DNA of 64,000 nucleotides, from the NCBI RefSeq assembly GCF_006345805.1, contig NC_043001.1, positions 123,132,001 to 123,196,000 on the forward strand, read 5' to 3'. How positions within the stretch are numbered: position 1 is the first letter of the stretch; each line of letters begins with the position of its first letter. Positions 52,621 to 64,000 of the stretch are shown one piece after another. Position numbers and translations under genes: made by a program. Under the pieces are notes generated by a model, which ran no database searches, was not told where the DNA came from, and worked only from the letters and a program-made list of their open reading frames with translations. The DNA is from Octopus sinensis (taxonomy: Eukaryota).

Positions 52621-52922
52621 GTTTGTTCCTTCTCAAGTCATTCCTGGCTCATAAGGGCCGGTTTCCCGGTTTCCTTGGCGTATAGGTTCCCCACCTGGAC
52701 GGGACGCCGGTCCGTCGCATGTGAGCTGCTAGATGCAGGAGGAAAGAGTGAGAGAAAGTTGTGGCGAAAGAGTCAGCAGAAGTTCGCCATTACCATATGT
52801 CGGTGCTGCGTGGAGCTTAGTTGTTTCGCTCATAAACAGACACATCGCTCGGTCTGAGATTCGAACCCGCGATCCCTCGACCGCGAGTCCGCTGCTCTAA
52901 CCACTAGGCCATGAGCCTCCAC
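52621..52922 (-). mobile_element. tRNA-derived SINE sharing head and centre with family B but with a different 3' tail
   Basis: Minus strand TGGCCTAGTGG (A box), GGTTCGAATC (B box), central ctctttcgccacaactttctctcactct identical to the 7.7 kb copy; tails unrelated. Confidence 0.85.
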
Positions 52923-53526
52923 AGTTGGGTAAAGGACTGAATGATTATGGCTGGGAAGCATTTGATATTAGATCAGCTCGATCAAAAACATTCTAGTCCT
53001 GATTAAATGAGGCTATGCAACAGCAATACAGTAACTACAACGGAGTAGGTACATATGAGATGTTAACTTATCAGCTCAAACTATATACTCGACACCCGCA
53101 ACTAATGACTGGTGCCGTGATTCACAGCTCCGCAAACACCAGTAACAAAGATAATTTAAAAGTTGAAAGTAGGTTTTACAAACGTTCTCTCCGAGGAATT
53201 GAGCGAGAATGAAATTTCGATGTACATTTGCTTGACTGAGAGATTTTACCACAACGTACAGAATTCACAAGAAACAGCAATATCAACAACAACAACAACA
53301 AACTACAACAATAGCAACAATAGACAAAAACATAAAAATACATATAACAACGACAATAGCATGAATAATAACGATTTCTTTTATTTTTTCACAAGGACAC
53401 CAAGCGAAAGATTACAAAGGCGAAATGATTATGACAAAAGGTTTGCGATGAAAAAGAACAGAAAGATAACTCACAAAAATAAGATGAAGACAACCAAAGA
53501 GATACCGATTAATAGCTGTAGTAGTT

Positions 53527-53559
<33 letters not shown>

Positions 53560-53996
53560 GTTTTGAAAACTCTAATAGGTTTTTAATTTCATTTTTGTAT
53601 CTTCTTCAAAAATGTTTTTGCTATCTTTAGATGTCGACCGGGAAGAGACAGGGAAATGGAAATAAAAAAAAATAGACAAACAACATCGGCAATAAGTAAA
53701 TAAATAAGTAAAATAAAGGAATAAAACTACAAATAAAATAAACGTAACGCTAACATTATTTGTGTTATTTATTTTGTTTTCGTTGTTGTTTGTAATTTTG
53801 TTTCCTTTCCTGTTATTCTCTATCAAACCGGTACTGCGTTCCCGAGACTATATCGATGAATAGACATAACATTTTCGCACTTCTGTCTATCTAACTATCC
53901 CTCTATCTTCCTCTCTCTCTTTCATCTCTCTCTCTCTCACGCACACACGCTCACACACACACACACACAACCCATATATATGTGTATATATATATA

Positions 53997-54035
<39 letters not shown>

Positions 54036-54130
54036 TTATATATATACACATATATATATATAGATATATATATATATATATATATACATATATATATACA
54101 TATATATACATATATATATATATCTATATA

Positions 54131-54166
<36 letters not shown>

Positions 54167-54172
54167 CATATA

Positions 54173-54241
<69 letters not shown>

Positions 54242-54376
54242 CATACATATATATAAATTACATACATATATATATATATATATATATAACACACATATAT
54301 ATATATATATACACATATGCATACATATATATATACATATATATATATATACACATATGCATACATATATATATAC

Positions 54377-54422
<46 letters not shown>

Positions 54423-54591
54423 GCATACATATATATATACATATATATATATATATGCACATATATATACACATATATATATACTTATATATATATATAC
54501 ACACACACACACACATATATATATACATATATATATATACACACACATATATATATATACATATATATATATACACACATATATATATACT

Positions 54592-54669
<78 letters not shown>

Positions 54670-56239
54670 CATACATACATATATATATATTATATGCATA
54701 CATGTATATACGTGTCTGTATGTATATATACTGATGTGAGTGGGGGATCTAGTATGCTCAAACACCATTAACTGGAACCAATAAAAGAGTAACAGAATAT
54801 TATATACCCAAATACAAATATGTTCAAATACCTATTTATTGATTTTGGTGTTTTGCATATATTTATGAATAGTTTTGTGCTTTCGTAGGTGTCTACTATT
54901 ATGGAATCTGCTTTACAAAAGACTTTCTATGAAGCTCGAGTTACATCCGTTGACCTGTTTATATGCATGCTTGCATATATGCATGCATGTATGTATGTAT
55001 GTCATTATTCAGTTTTATTTCAAGATGTCTTGCCAACAGAGAGAGAACCAGTTTCTAACCTAGATCCAAAGATCCTTCATTGGAATTTCAACAACACCAA
55101 AAGGGTATTTTTGCATGTATGTGTGTATATATGCAGTATTTGGAATCAGTCTATATACAGATTGGCATGTTTTGTTTTATGTTTGTATATTCAGGCGTAT
55201 AGTTGCATGTCTAGAAACACGTAAATATATACTTAAATGATAGACCACTGGAAAGTTTTACAGATTTTTACAGTTCTAGCGATGGCTTCGATCTGTAATC
55301 TTCAAATCAGTTTTCTCCTCGTTTTGAGAAGCTTAATTTTTCAAGATTGGTACTTAGGTAGTGTGTTACATATCCTAGTGACCCAATAATAACAGGTATA
55401 AATCTGAACTTGTAAGGGGTAGAGTAACTGTATATCTCTCAATAGTTCAACTGAGGTATTTTCTTATGTGTGTGTGTATGTATGTATGTATGTATGTATG
55501 TATGTATGTATGTATGTATGTATGTATGTATGTATGTATGTACGTATATATGTATGTATGTATATATATGTATGGTTTAACTAACATATGTGATGACGAT
55601 CCATCTGAGCGCGAAGACGCAGAAATTCCCTTGGCTGGGAGTGAGGAATCCTTAGCTGTTGTCACTTCATCCTTTTAGAATAGGGACACTCCGATGTAAA
55701 ATCTGCGGTTTCACGTGACACAAGATATAACTAAAGAGACTCAGAGAGTGGTACTCATGTTGTGTACAAGCTTTTATCACTATAATCCAATGATGTATGT
55801 ATGTTTAGGGTACATGTATTTGTCGTTCTATTTACTGAAAGTCCTATGGCAATGGAAGAGTGGTGACATGTGTTAACCTCACCAGTTGGAAGTAACAGTA
55901 AGTTGCAACTTTCAGCTGTAATCTATACTTCAAAACTATGCAGATCTCCAATGAGACTGAATAGTTTGTTGAGATGGTACAGACGAAAGTCAGAAATGTA
56001 ATTGACAACCAGGAAGCACAAGGAGACGTCAAAAATCTGCAAATATGGAGCAATCACCATGTATGCATGCAAGCATGCATGTATGTAGTGGATATCCGTC
56101 GCTCAATGATGACGATTCAGTTGTTGAATCAAAGAGTAAGTAACTGAGCATTCTAAAAACAAATGTGCCCTAAATGCAGTACTTAAGGTGGATCAGCGAT
56201 GTTACATGGACCTTTATGCATAGAGCTGCATACCTGCAA

Positions 56240-56700
56240 GTATACAGAAAGAATTGTTGGCCCAGTCAGGGTGCCTGAAAAAAGTTTAAAGAAACCGCAG
56301 TCGCTTGCTGCAATCTCCTGAAGGATGTCTTGCATCCCTGGCTAGATGACACTGCTTTCACTTCTAAAGAATCTCGTATTCATGCATGACAACGCTCCCT
56401 CCCACTCTGCTAAGACCACCCAAACATTCCTAGGGTCTCATGGCATACAAAGTGAAAAGTTGATGGTGGGCCGCTATCATTTCCGGATCTCAACCCTATC
56501 GAAAATTTTTAGTCCATCATTAAACAAGATGTTTATGTTGATGGGCACCAATTTGCGTCGAAAGATGTCTTAAGGGTGATTATCAAAGCTGTAGCAGTGG
56601 CAGTCCAACCTGCTGCTATTATGAAATCGACAGATTCCATAACTAATAGGGTTTTTAAAGTTATCTGTCGAAATGGCGCTCATGTGGCTAAATCAATAAA
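56240..56700 (+). mobile_element. Tc1-like transposase remnant, TRT (DD37E)-like
   Basis: IVGPVRVPE, CNLLKDVLHPWLDD, LVFMHDNAPSHSAK...EKLMV(W)PLSFPDLNPIENF*SIIKQDVY..GHQFASK; 37 residues between the second D and E after repairing a 1-nt deletion. Confidence 0.8.
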
Positions 56701-58069
56701 TGTTATAACATTATTATGGTTTTCTATTAAAAATATACTTAATGTATGCCTAATATAACCCATCTAGACATAAAAAATTCTAGATGGGTTATTTTCATTC
56801 AAAAACTATTAGCGTGGTTCACTCCAAAACTGAAGAATCTGAAATAAAAACGAAAGGACGTTACACAGAATAATCTAAACATAACAATGGTGTTACCATT
56901 GTGTGCAAGCGAGCTGGGAAAAATGTTTATCAAAATTGATTCACAGAAAACCTAAGTTTCACTTCTAAGCATGGTTCTGGGTGTATGTGCCGATCCGAAG
57001 CTCTAGAAAATTAAATTTTTCCACGACGTCACGTCATGGGATCGACTCCAGGACCTCATGATTGCAATTCGATTTCTTAACCTGTCGGCCATATTGTTAC
57101 TCAGTTTCCAACCATACATACTTCAGTCGAATACACACATACAAACCCGCTTGCACACACATATGCCCACACGCATTCATACAAACACAAACACATATGT
57201 ATGTCTGTATGTGTGTACTTGTATGTATAAACATATTAAATATGTATCAACATCTATTAGATCACAAAGATTCACATGCATAAACACGCACTTACACGCA
57301 TGCGCACGCGCATTCACATATATGTTTGACTGTGTACACACGAAGATACAGATATACAAACATGTATTAGATCATAGATACCCACGCATATACACTACCA
57401 TATGTATGTCTATATGTGTACAGGTAAATATGTGTACATATAAACATCTGTTAGGTCACAGATAAACACACCCATACTTACATACATGACTGAGTGTATG
57501 AGCACATAAATATATTTGTACATGTTAATATCTAATAGATAACAAACACTCTTAAACATGCACACACGTGTAGGCACTAACACACGCACAAAATACGCAC
57601 ATAAACACACACTGATCTTGCTTTGTTTTTATGGAAGAAAAAATCCAGGAAGCCGTCGATACATTAGTTTCTATATTGGCTATCACTTGCCTCATTACTT
57701 CTTGTTTATGTCATTGTTGCACGAAGGAAAAAAAAAACAAGAATATTTAATTATTTTTTACATAATCACGAACAAATAACATTTGCATAGTTATTCATTT
57801 CTTCTTTACTGAATATAATTAGTCTCTTACTCTTTTTTCTTGCTTCAGTTATTGGACTGCGACCACACTGCAACACTTATTTGTTGGGAGTATAAAGGCG
57901 AACATATCGGTACTCAAACTGTCGGCCATTTTTTTTACTGATTCGTTGCTAAGTTACATGAACACAAAACAACTAGCCTCAGTTGTCATGTGGAGGGACG
58001 ACAAACACAAACACAAAGACACACGTATACACACACACACACTCACAAATAATATATACATATGTGTAT

Positions 58070-58124
<55 letters not shown>

Positions 58125-58805
58125 GGCGAGAACTAACGATTATGAATCAAATGTTTATATTTATATATACCTCCTCTCTCTCTTTCTCTATATATTATAT
58201 AGATGTGTGCATGTGTTTGTGTACGTATATATAAATGTATGTGTAGTTTTTCAATGTGTACAAATAACACGGAAAAAATAAATAAAGAGTTACCAGGGTA
58301 GCAAAAAATTCACATAGGTACCAAGGATGTTACAGCCTACTTATAAAGGCAGAAATTCCAGGGTTTAGTGAAATGTTTTTGTACAACTGATAATTAAAGA
58401 AATGGAGTTAAACGCAGGTGTTATTCAAATCTTTATACTTCCGACATATGTTTTGAAGAAAACATTGGTATTATTCCAGAGGGAATAAAATGATGTAAAA
58501 CAATGTGATCTTCTCGTCAGGGGAAAAAAGAGAAACAAACCACATCAATAAGCCATTTTAACCGAATGTGATGACTATGTATATGATGAAGGGAACGCTG
58601 GCAAGTTATTTCTTTTAAAAAACTGTTAATAGATTTAACGTGAAATGCAATTTAGCAAAAGAGAAGGAGGAGAAAGAAAGACATTAGCAGAAAATCAAGA
58701 GTGGAGAAATGTAGTACGATAGATGAATAGGAATAAAGCTTAAAGGCGTGGAAATAGATATATTTAGGGGAAATGAAATGCCAGAAGACAGTTAAGGGTC
58801 GAATT

Positions 58806-59490
58806 TTATAGATGGTAGAAATTACAGGAACTAAAGGTATGTTTTTGCCAATGTTTGCAACGATAAACGCGTTCTTTAAACGTATTTACAAGAGAATTCT
58901 CTGAGAACAGGATGAGATAGAGTTCTTCGTTGCAGAGAGGACAAGAAGATTTATCATTATCATATGAAGAGGATCTAGATTGAATATTCCATTCCACATC
59001 AAATTGTTTATTATGTTCCTTCACAGACCAAATTAATTTACTAAGACCCGTGTTGTTGCGTTTATTGATATGTCTAAATGTAGACATATCAATAAACTCC
59101 TTTTCTTTATATATATATATATATATATATATATTAATAGTAATGCAATACGAGAGTATTGCTTTCCAGTAAAGAATAGCCCGTGAGGGAAAATTATACA
59201 TATAAGTAAATATATGGCACAACGAAGTACTTCTCTATAAGCAGACATTTCTTCGTAATGTCTTACAGTATTTCCTAAATTTGAATTACTGAGTTGAATT
59301 CTTCTACATTTGTCGATTCAGGTAGGAGAGCCAACAATCCATCATCTACGTGATTACTCCATTTGCTTCAAATAGAGGTAAAAGCCCATCAAATTACAAC
59401 TCAATTGTCATAGGAAAGGAAGGCCATATTCGATAGTGTAGTTTCAGATTTACGGCAGAACGTTTTGGTATTGGTTCGATTGCTTTTTTT
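58806..59490 (-). mobile_element. Penelope-like retroelement remnant (RT motifs + GIY-YIG endonuclease C-terminus), internally deleted
   Basis: Minus strand SNMAFLSYDN (motif B'-like), WSNHVDDGLL (YxDD-like), then TFRHINKRNNTGLSKLIWSVKEHNKQFDVEWNIQSRSSSYDNDKSSCPLCNEELYLIL...RCKH typical of PLE GIY-YIG; interrupted by (TA)n. Confidence 0.8.
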
Positions 59491-60444
59491 TAATTATAAG
59501 TTTGCTTATTTCATGGCCGACTTGGAGAGGAACAACATAATAAGTAGGAACGAAGGCGACCTCTATTAAGCTGATTTATCCGTATACAGTGTATAAAAGA
59601 TATTTTAAGCAGGGCCACTATGACAAAATATGGAATAATTTCTACTTCCACCACAACGTCAACAAAAGCATCAACAAAAACAATGTCTTGTTTACTAGAA
59701 AAACATTAATTCTTTTAAGACCTTGCGTTGATCTTGTTATGATTCTTAGGGAAGCTTCTCTGATATCTTCCTTTCTTTTTTCTCTTGTTTTTTTCTAAAT
59801 ACTTGCTTGCCGCTTTGATCGCAATGACTTTGAATACTACAACTACTGCGACTAAAAGTAAAAAAATAAAGAAGACAAAAACAAGAAACCGCCAAAAACT
59901 AAAGAATCAAAGCACCACCATCTTCGCCACATTCACAATCGGCTCCACCACTATTACAACTATTATTGTTTTGGTCACAACATATCAAAAGTATGGGTTT
60001 AAATGAGATCGCCAAAGCAAAAGCAGAATGTTTGGAAACAAGCTTACGAGATTTGGAAGTGATCAGACCCTAGCGAATGGACCTCAGTAGTTGACCGGTA
60101 CTTTATTTTATCGAATCCGAATGAATCAAAGGGAAATTTGACCTTGGTGCAATTTGAACTCGGAACGAAAAGGAACGTAAGGAAATAAATAGCAAGTGCA
60201 GAAACATAAGCAGCTATGACAAATAGAGAGGAAAGAATATGTGTGAAACTATGTTATTTGAAAATAAAGTAATGCCCCGCCGCCGCTCGCACAGAAATGT
60301 ATGGAAGAACACACGGAGCAGATACGAACACATAAAATAACTAATGCTCACCCGTTAACTGATGTAAGGATACACTAGTCATGCACACTTACGTTATAGG
60401 TCGAAATTTTAGTGCGTGTGTCTGTATGTATGTATATATGTATA

Positions 60445-60492
<48 letters not shown>

Positions 60493-60534
60493 CCAATTAG
60501 CAATAACCACATCTCGCATAACCCTCATTGCCTC

Positions 60535-60585
<51 letters not shown>

Positions 60586-60589
60586 CACA

Positions 60590-60620
<31 letters not shown>

Positions 60621-61081
60621 TATTTCATTAAATACAGGCGCATTTATACACACATCCTTAATATATATGATAGGCATTCATATATATATATATATAGCTG
60701 TCTGTCTGTCTGTCTGACTGTCTCTATATATATACATACATACATATATATACACACACATATATATATATATATACATATATATATACATATCTATATA
60801 TATAAAAGCTCTATGTTTGTATTGCAATATCTATTCATGTTTGTGTATTCATATAGACGGAATGTGTACATATTGAAGTACGAAATCCCATATGCAATAA
60901 TGTGTACACACACACATACACACATGCTGCTCATAATCATATCGATATTTACGAAAATATTCATTAAATTCAGATTTACAAATTCTTGTATTCACATGCA
61001 AATACACATACATATACATACACGAACACAATCATCGCTCCATCTCATCGTACACAAATATGTGCATGTGTACATTTTTCA

Positions 61082-61117
<36 letters not shown>

Positions 61118-61175
61118 GTGTGCACATCTAACGGATAAGCGTAAACCATTGCGTTTGTGTCTTAGTGTGTGCGTG

Positions 61176-61237
<62 letters not shown>

Positions 61238-61837
61238 TGATAACTGCATTTCGGAGATAGTACGTGGGTGTTATAATCTGTTTTAAGATTAGTTTGTGTT
61301 CGTGTGTACGTGATGCATGCTCGGTGTGCATGTGATTCGAAGCAGTGCATTAATTTTAATATTTTTCTATTTCTATCGACCAATTGACAACTTATCAGGC
61401 GCCAGTATTATCACCTGTAATATCGATCTATTCAAAAGCTATTAAAATCCCATTCAACTGTGTATTCTTGGATATAAGCACCAATACTTAGCGCTTGCGT
61501 GCGTACGTGTGTGTGTGTGAAGAGACGTCGATAAGACATATTGGAATAAGAAGAGTGGTTTAATCTCGTTATATTCCTACGCCAAACCTTTGCTTCTCGT
61601 TGTTGCTGGTGTTCTGCTGTCAGCAGATCTATAATTAAAAGCGTTCCAGCCATGTCATCTTGGGCGTTGAAGATCGCATCTCATATTTCTATAGAAGCAT
61701 GAAGCCAATGGGTGTGAGTAGTGTGTAAATATTTATTAACCACTTAACTTCCACAGGATCACGACCGTTTGGCAACCTTCTTCACGTAGTATGGAATAAA
61801 TTACATGTTTATGTAATATGTAAGCTCAGCACTTTAG

Positions 61838-62046
61838 GGCGGCGAGCTGGCAGAATCGTTAGTGCACCGGGCAAAAATGCTTAGAGGAATTTCGTCCGCT
61901 CTAATGTTCTGAGTTCAAATTCCGACGACGTCGACTTTACTTTTCATCCTTTCGGTGTCGATAAAGGGAACCTCAATTGAACACTGGACTCGATTTTATC
62001 GACTTACCTCTCTCTCGAAATTGCTGGCCTTGTGTCTTGAAACCAA
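61838..62046 (+). mobile_element. tRNA-derived SINE family C
   Basis: ggcggcgagctggcagaatcgttag head, GAGTTCAAATTCC B-box-like, cttttcatcctttcggtgtcgataaa core. Confidence 0.8.
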
Positions 62047-62350
62047 TGTCTATGCTCAGTATTAATTTATGAATATACAATTGTATATCCTCAAATTAAT
62101 CTAAATAAAGAAAGCTAACTCATCAGATCACATTAATAATTCAATTTTATATATTTACCTCTCATACCTCCTGACTTTAAATTTTTATATACACCCCACA
62201 AAAAAAAATTCCTCGGATTTTCTGGATTTTCAGTTACATAGACGCTCTAAATTACACTTCTTTGTAATTGATTACTAAGTGAACTGATTGCTCAGTCCGC
62301 AAGAAGAGCTTTCTGTGATAGCCGCACGATTCTATGAAGCCATACCTTAA

Positions 62351-62394
<44 letters not shown>

Positions 62395-62429
62395 ATATAT
62401 ATATCGCCATGATATATCGCTAACCACTA

Positions 62430-62600
62430 CACATCCTTTATTTTCTCTCCTTGTTTCTTTCTATGTTCCTTTCTGTGGAAGAGCGTAGGCTCGAAACGTT
62501 AAAGACTCTTTCACTTCCCGAGCGTTATACTAATACATCTGTTTGTTGTCTACACCACGTGTCTTCGCCTTTTGTTCTTTTTTGTGAATTCTCCCCATAT
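62430..62600 (+). mobile_element. Short Penelope-like terminal-repeat fragment with hammerhead-like motif (62469-62504)
   Basis: CTTT-CTGTGGA-A-GAGC gtag GCTC-GAA-ACGT-T-AAAG; same family as 22.6 kb. Confidence 0.65.
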
Positions 62601-62601
62601 A

Positions 62602-62638
<37 letters not shown>

Positions 62639-63944
62639 GCATGTATATAGCATATTTGGAAGGTTAACTATGAACCAGAGGCCAATTTCTATGAAAGGTC
62701 TCACAATGAGTTCACTGTGGAAATTAATATTATGCTATTATAAGTGATAAGGATTTCTGACAGATAATCATGTTTCGCAGATGTGCACAGTCAGAGCCTT
62801 CGACTTTTTCCATCTAAAGTCTAATTTAACGGTGGTTTTACAGGCTATTATTTATAGCTCATCTATTTCGAGTTTTACCGTTAAAAACGAATTATTTCAC
62901 GTCCCTCGAAGTTTCTAGATTCTTATCACGTTTTTCGAAGTTCTAGATACTTATGATGAAGTTTCTAGATTCTTAGATTTTATGGCGTAAAAAATGTATA
63001 CTTGAATGTATATAAATATAATATATATGTATAAATACACGAATATATTCATACTTATACATATGCCATCACACACATATATGCATATGTATTTATAGTA
63101 TCGAACATTCAACAGAAAGTAGACTATGTAAAAATAAAACTTGCTATTGTAGAATACTGAAACATAACTCGGTTGTCCATGTTCAACGCAAGCCTATAAC
63201 TAATTTGAATTTCAAATGTGTATTCGATACATTTACATTTTCCAGATACATCTCCGTTGTCTATTACAAAGAGTATTTACAGAAAAAATCCAGCAATGTT
63301 CCCAGAAGCAGAAACAATAGAAAGTACATTAACCCATTGCCGGTCGAAAGCATTTTCATGAACTTATCCTAAACGCTCATATTTGTTTTCCGACTTTTAG
63401 TTATCCCCTGTTTCAAATGCTCTGAGTAATATAAAATTTACTGTCATAAGTTCCAAATTACTCTGGTGGTTGAAAAAAATTGGAATATGTATCATATATG
63501 ATGCATGGATGTCAGAGAAACATATCTTGTGTATTACTTGTGATATGTAGGACATGCAAAGGGGTGAATTATTCATATAAGCATCCTAGAATAAAACAGA
63601 ATGCTGTCTACGAGTAAATTATATAAACAGATCGCGAAGACAGGTTTTTCCTTAGAGGCTATGTTTATGTTTTCTACTTAACCGAAAATAGAGAACAAAA
63701 CAAAGTGGTACCAAGGGATATACTTTAGATATGTTGTCATAATGGACACATTGGAAGATGTGAAATTAATGGATGAGTTTCAAAACAACTCTATATTAAA
63801 ATTCAACATCTAGAACAGTAGAAATACAACTTTCAGCTATACAACGACTCCATTTTTAGAATGTTTAGAAATGGAGCCATTGTATAGCTAGGAGTTGTAA
63901 CATTCAGACAGGAAACAATAGTTACACTACGTCCGATTATACTT

Positions 63945-64000
63945 ATATACTCTTTTACTCTTTTACTTGTTTCAGTCATTTGACTGTGGTCATGCTGGAG
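63945..64000 (-). mobile_element. SINE family A 3' end, cut by the window edge
   Basis: tactcttttactcttttacttgtttcagtcatttgactgtggtcatgctggag. Confidence 0.85.

Noticed and set aside
279-62747. Hundreds of ORFs rich in [20 protein letters not shown]
   Set aside because: Translations of AT, AC, TATG and TATC microsatellites that lack stop codons; no splice or codon evidence.
62755-62800. CTGAC...GCGAAACATG hammerhead-like motif on minus
   Set aside because: Core incomplete and stem I absent.
63328-63350. TTAA-CCC start suggestive of a piggyBac end
   Set aside because: No matching inverted end or transposase in the window.

Overview
AT-rich, microsatellite-saturated animal genomic DNA, most likely a coleoid cephalopod (Octopus-like; inferred from the repeat landscape, not proven). 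Nearly all ORF-track entries are translated (TA)n, (CA)n, (TATG)n, (TCC)n or (TAC)n repeats and are not genes. Host coding sequence is limited to three small phase 1-1 exons on the minus strand. These are a 36-nt Ser-Gly exon (50032-50067, glycosaminoglycan-attachment-like), a 237-nt follistatin/Kazal exon (39170-39406) and a 252-nt atypical thrombospondin type-1 exon (13316-13567). They suggest a modular extracellular proteoglycan (agrin/TMEFF-like FS module) with very long introns that runs off the window; at least one exon is not identified. The rest is decayed mobile DNA: maT-like (DD37D) and TRT-like (DD37E) Tc1/mariner remnants, an R4/Dong-like RLE retrotransposon, CR1-group LINE pieces, a Penelope-like RT/GIY-YIG remnant, several tRNA-derived SINE families and a 350-bp near-perfect fold-back. 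The most striking non-coding signal is about ten minimal type-I hammerhead-ribozyme-like motifs with covarying stems, probably Penelope-derived. Several have a CUGU(N)GA core instead of CUGA(N)GA, and some lie in tandem or inverted pairs.
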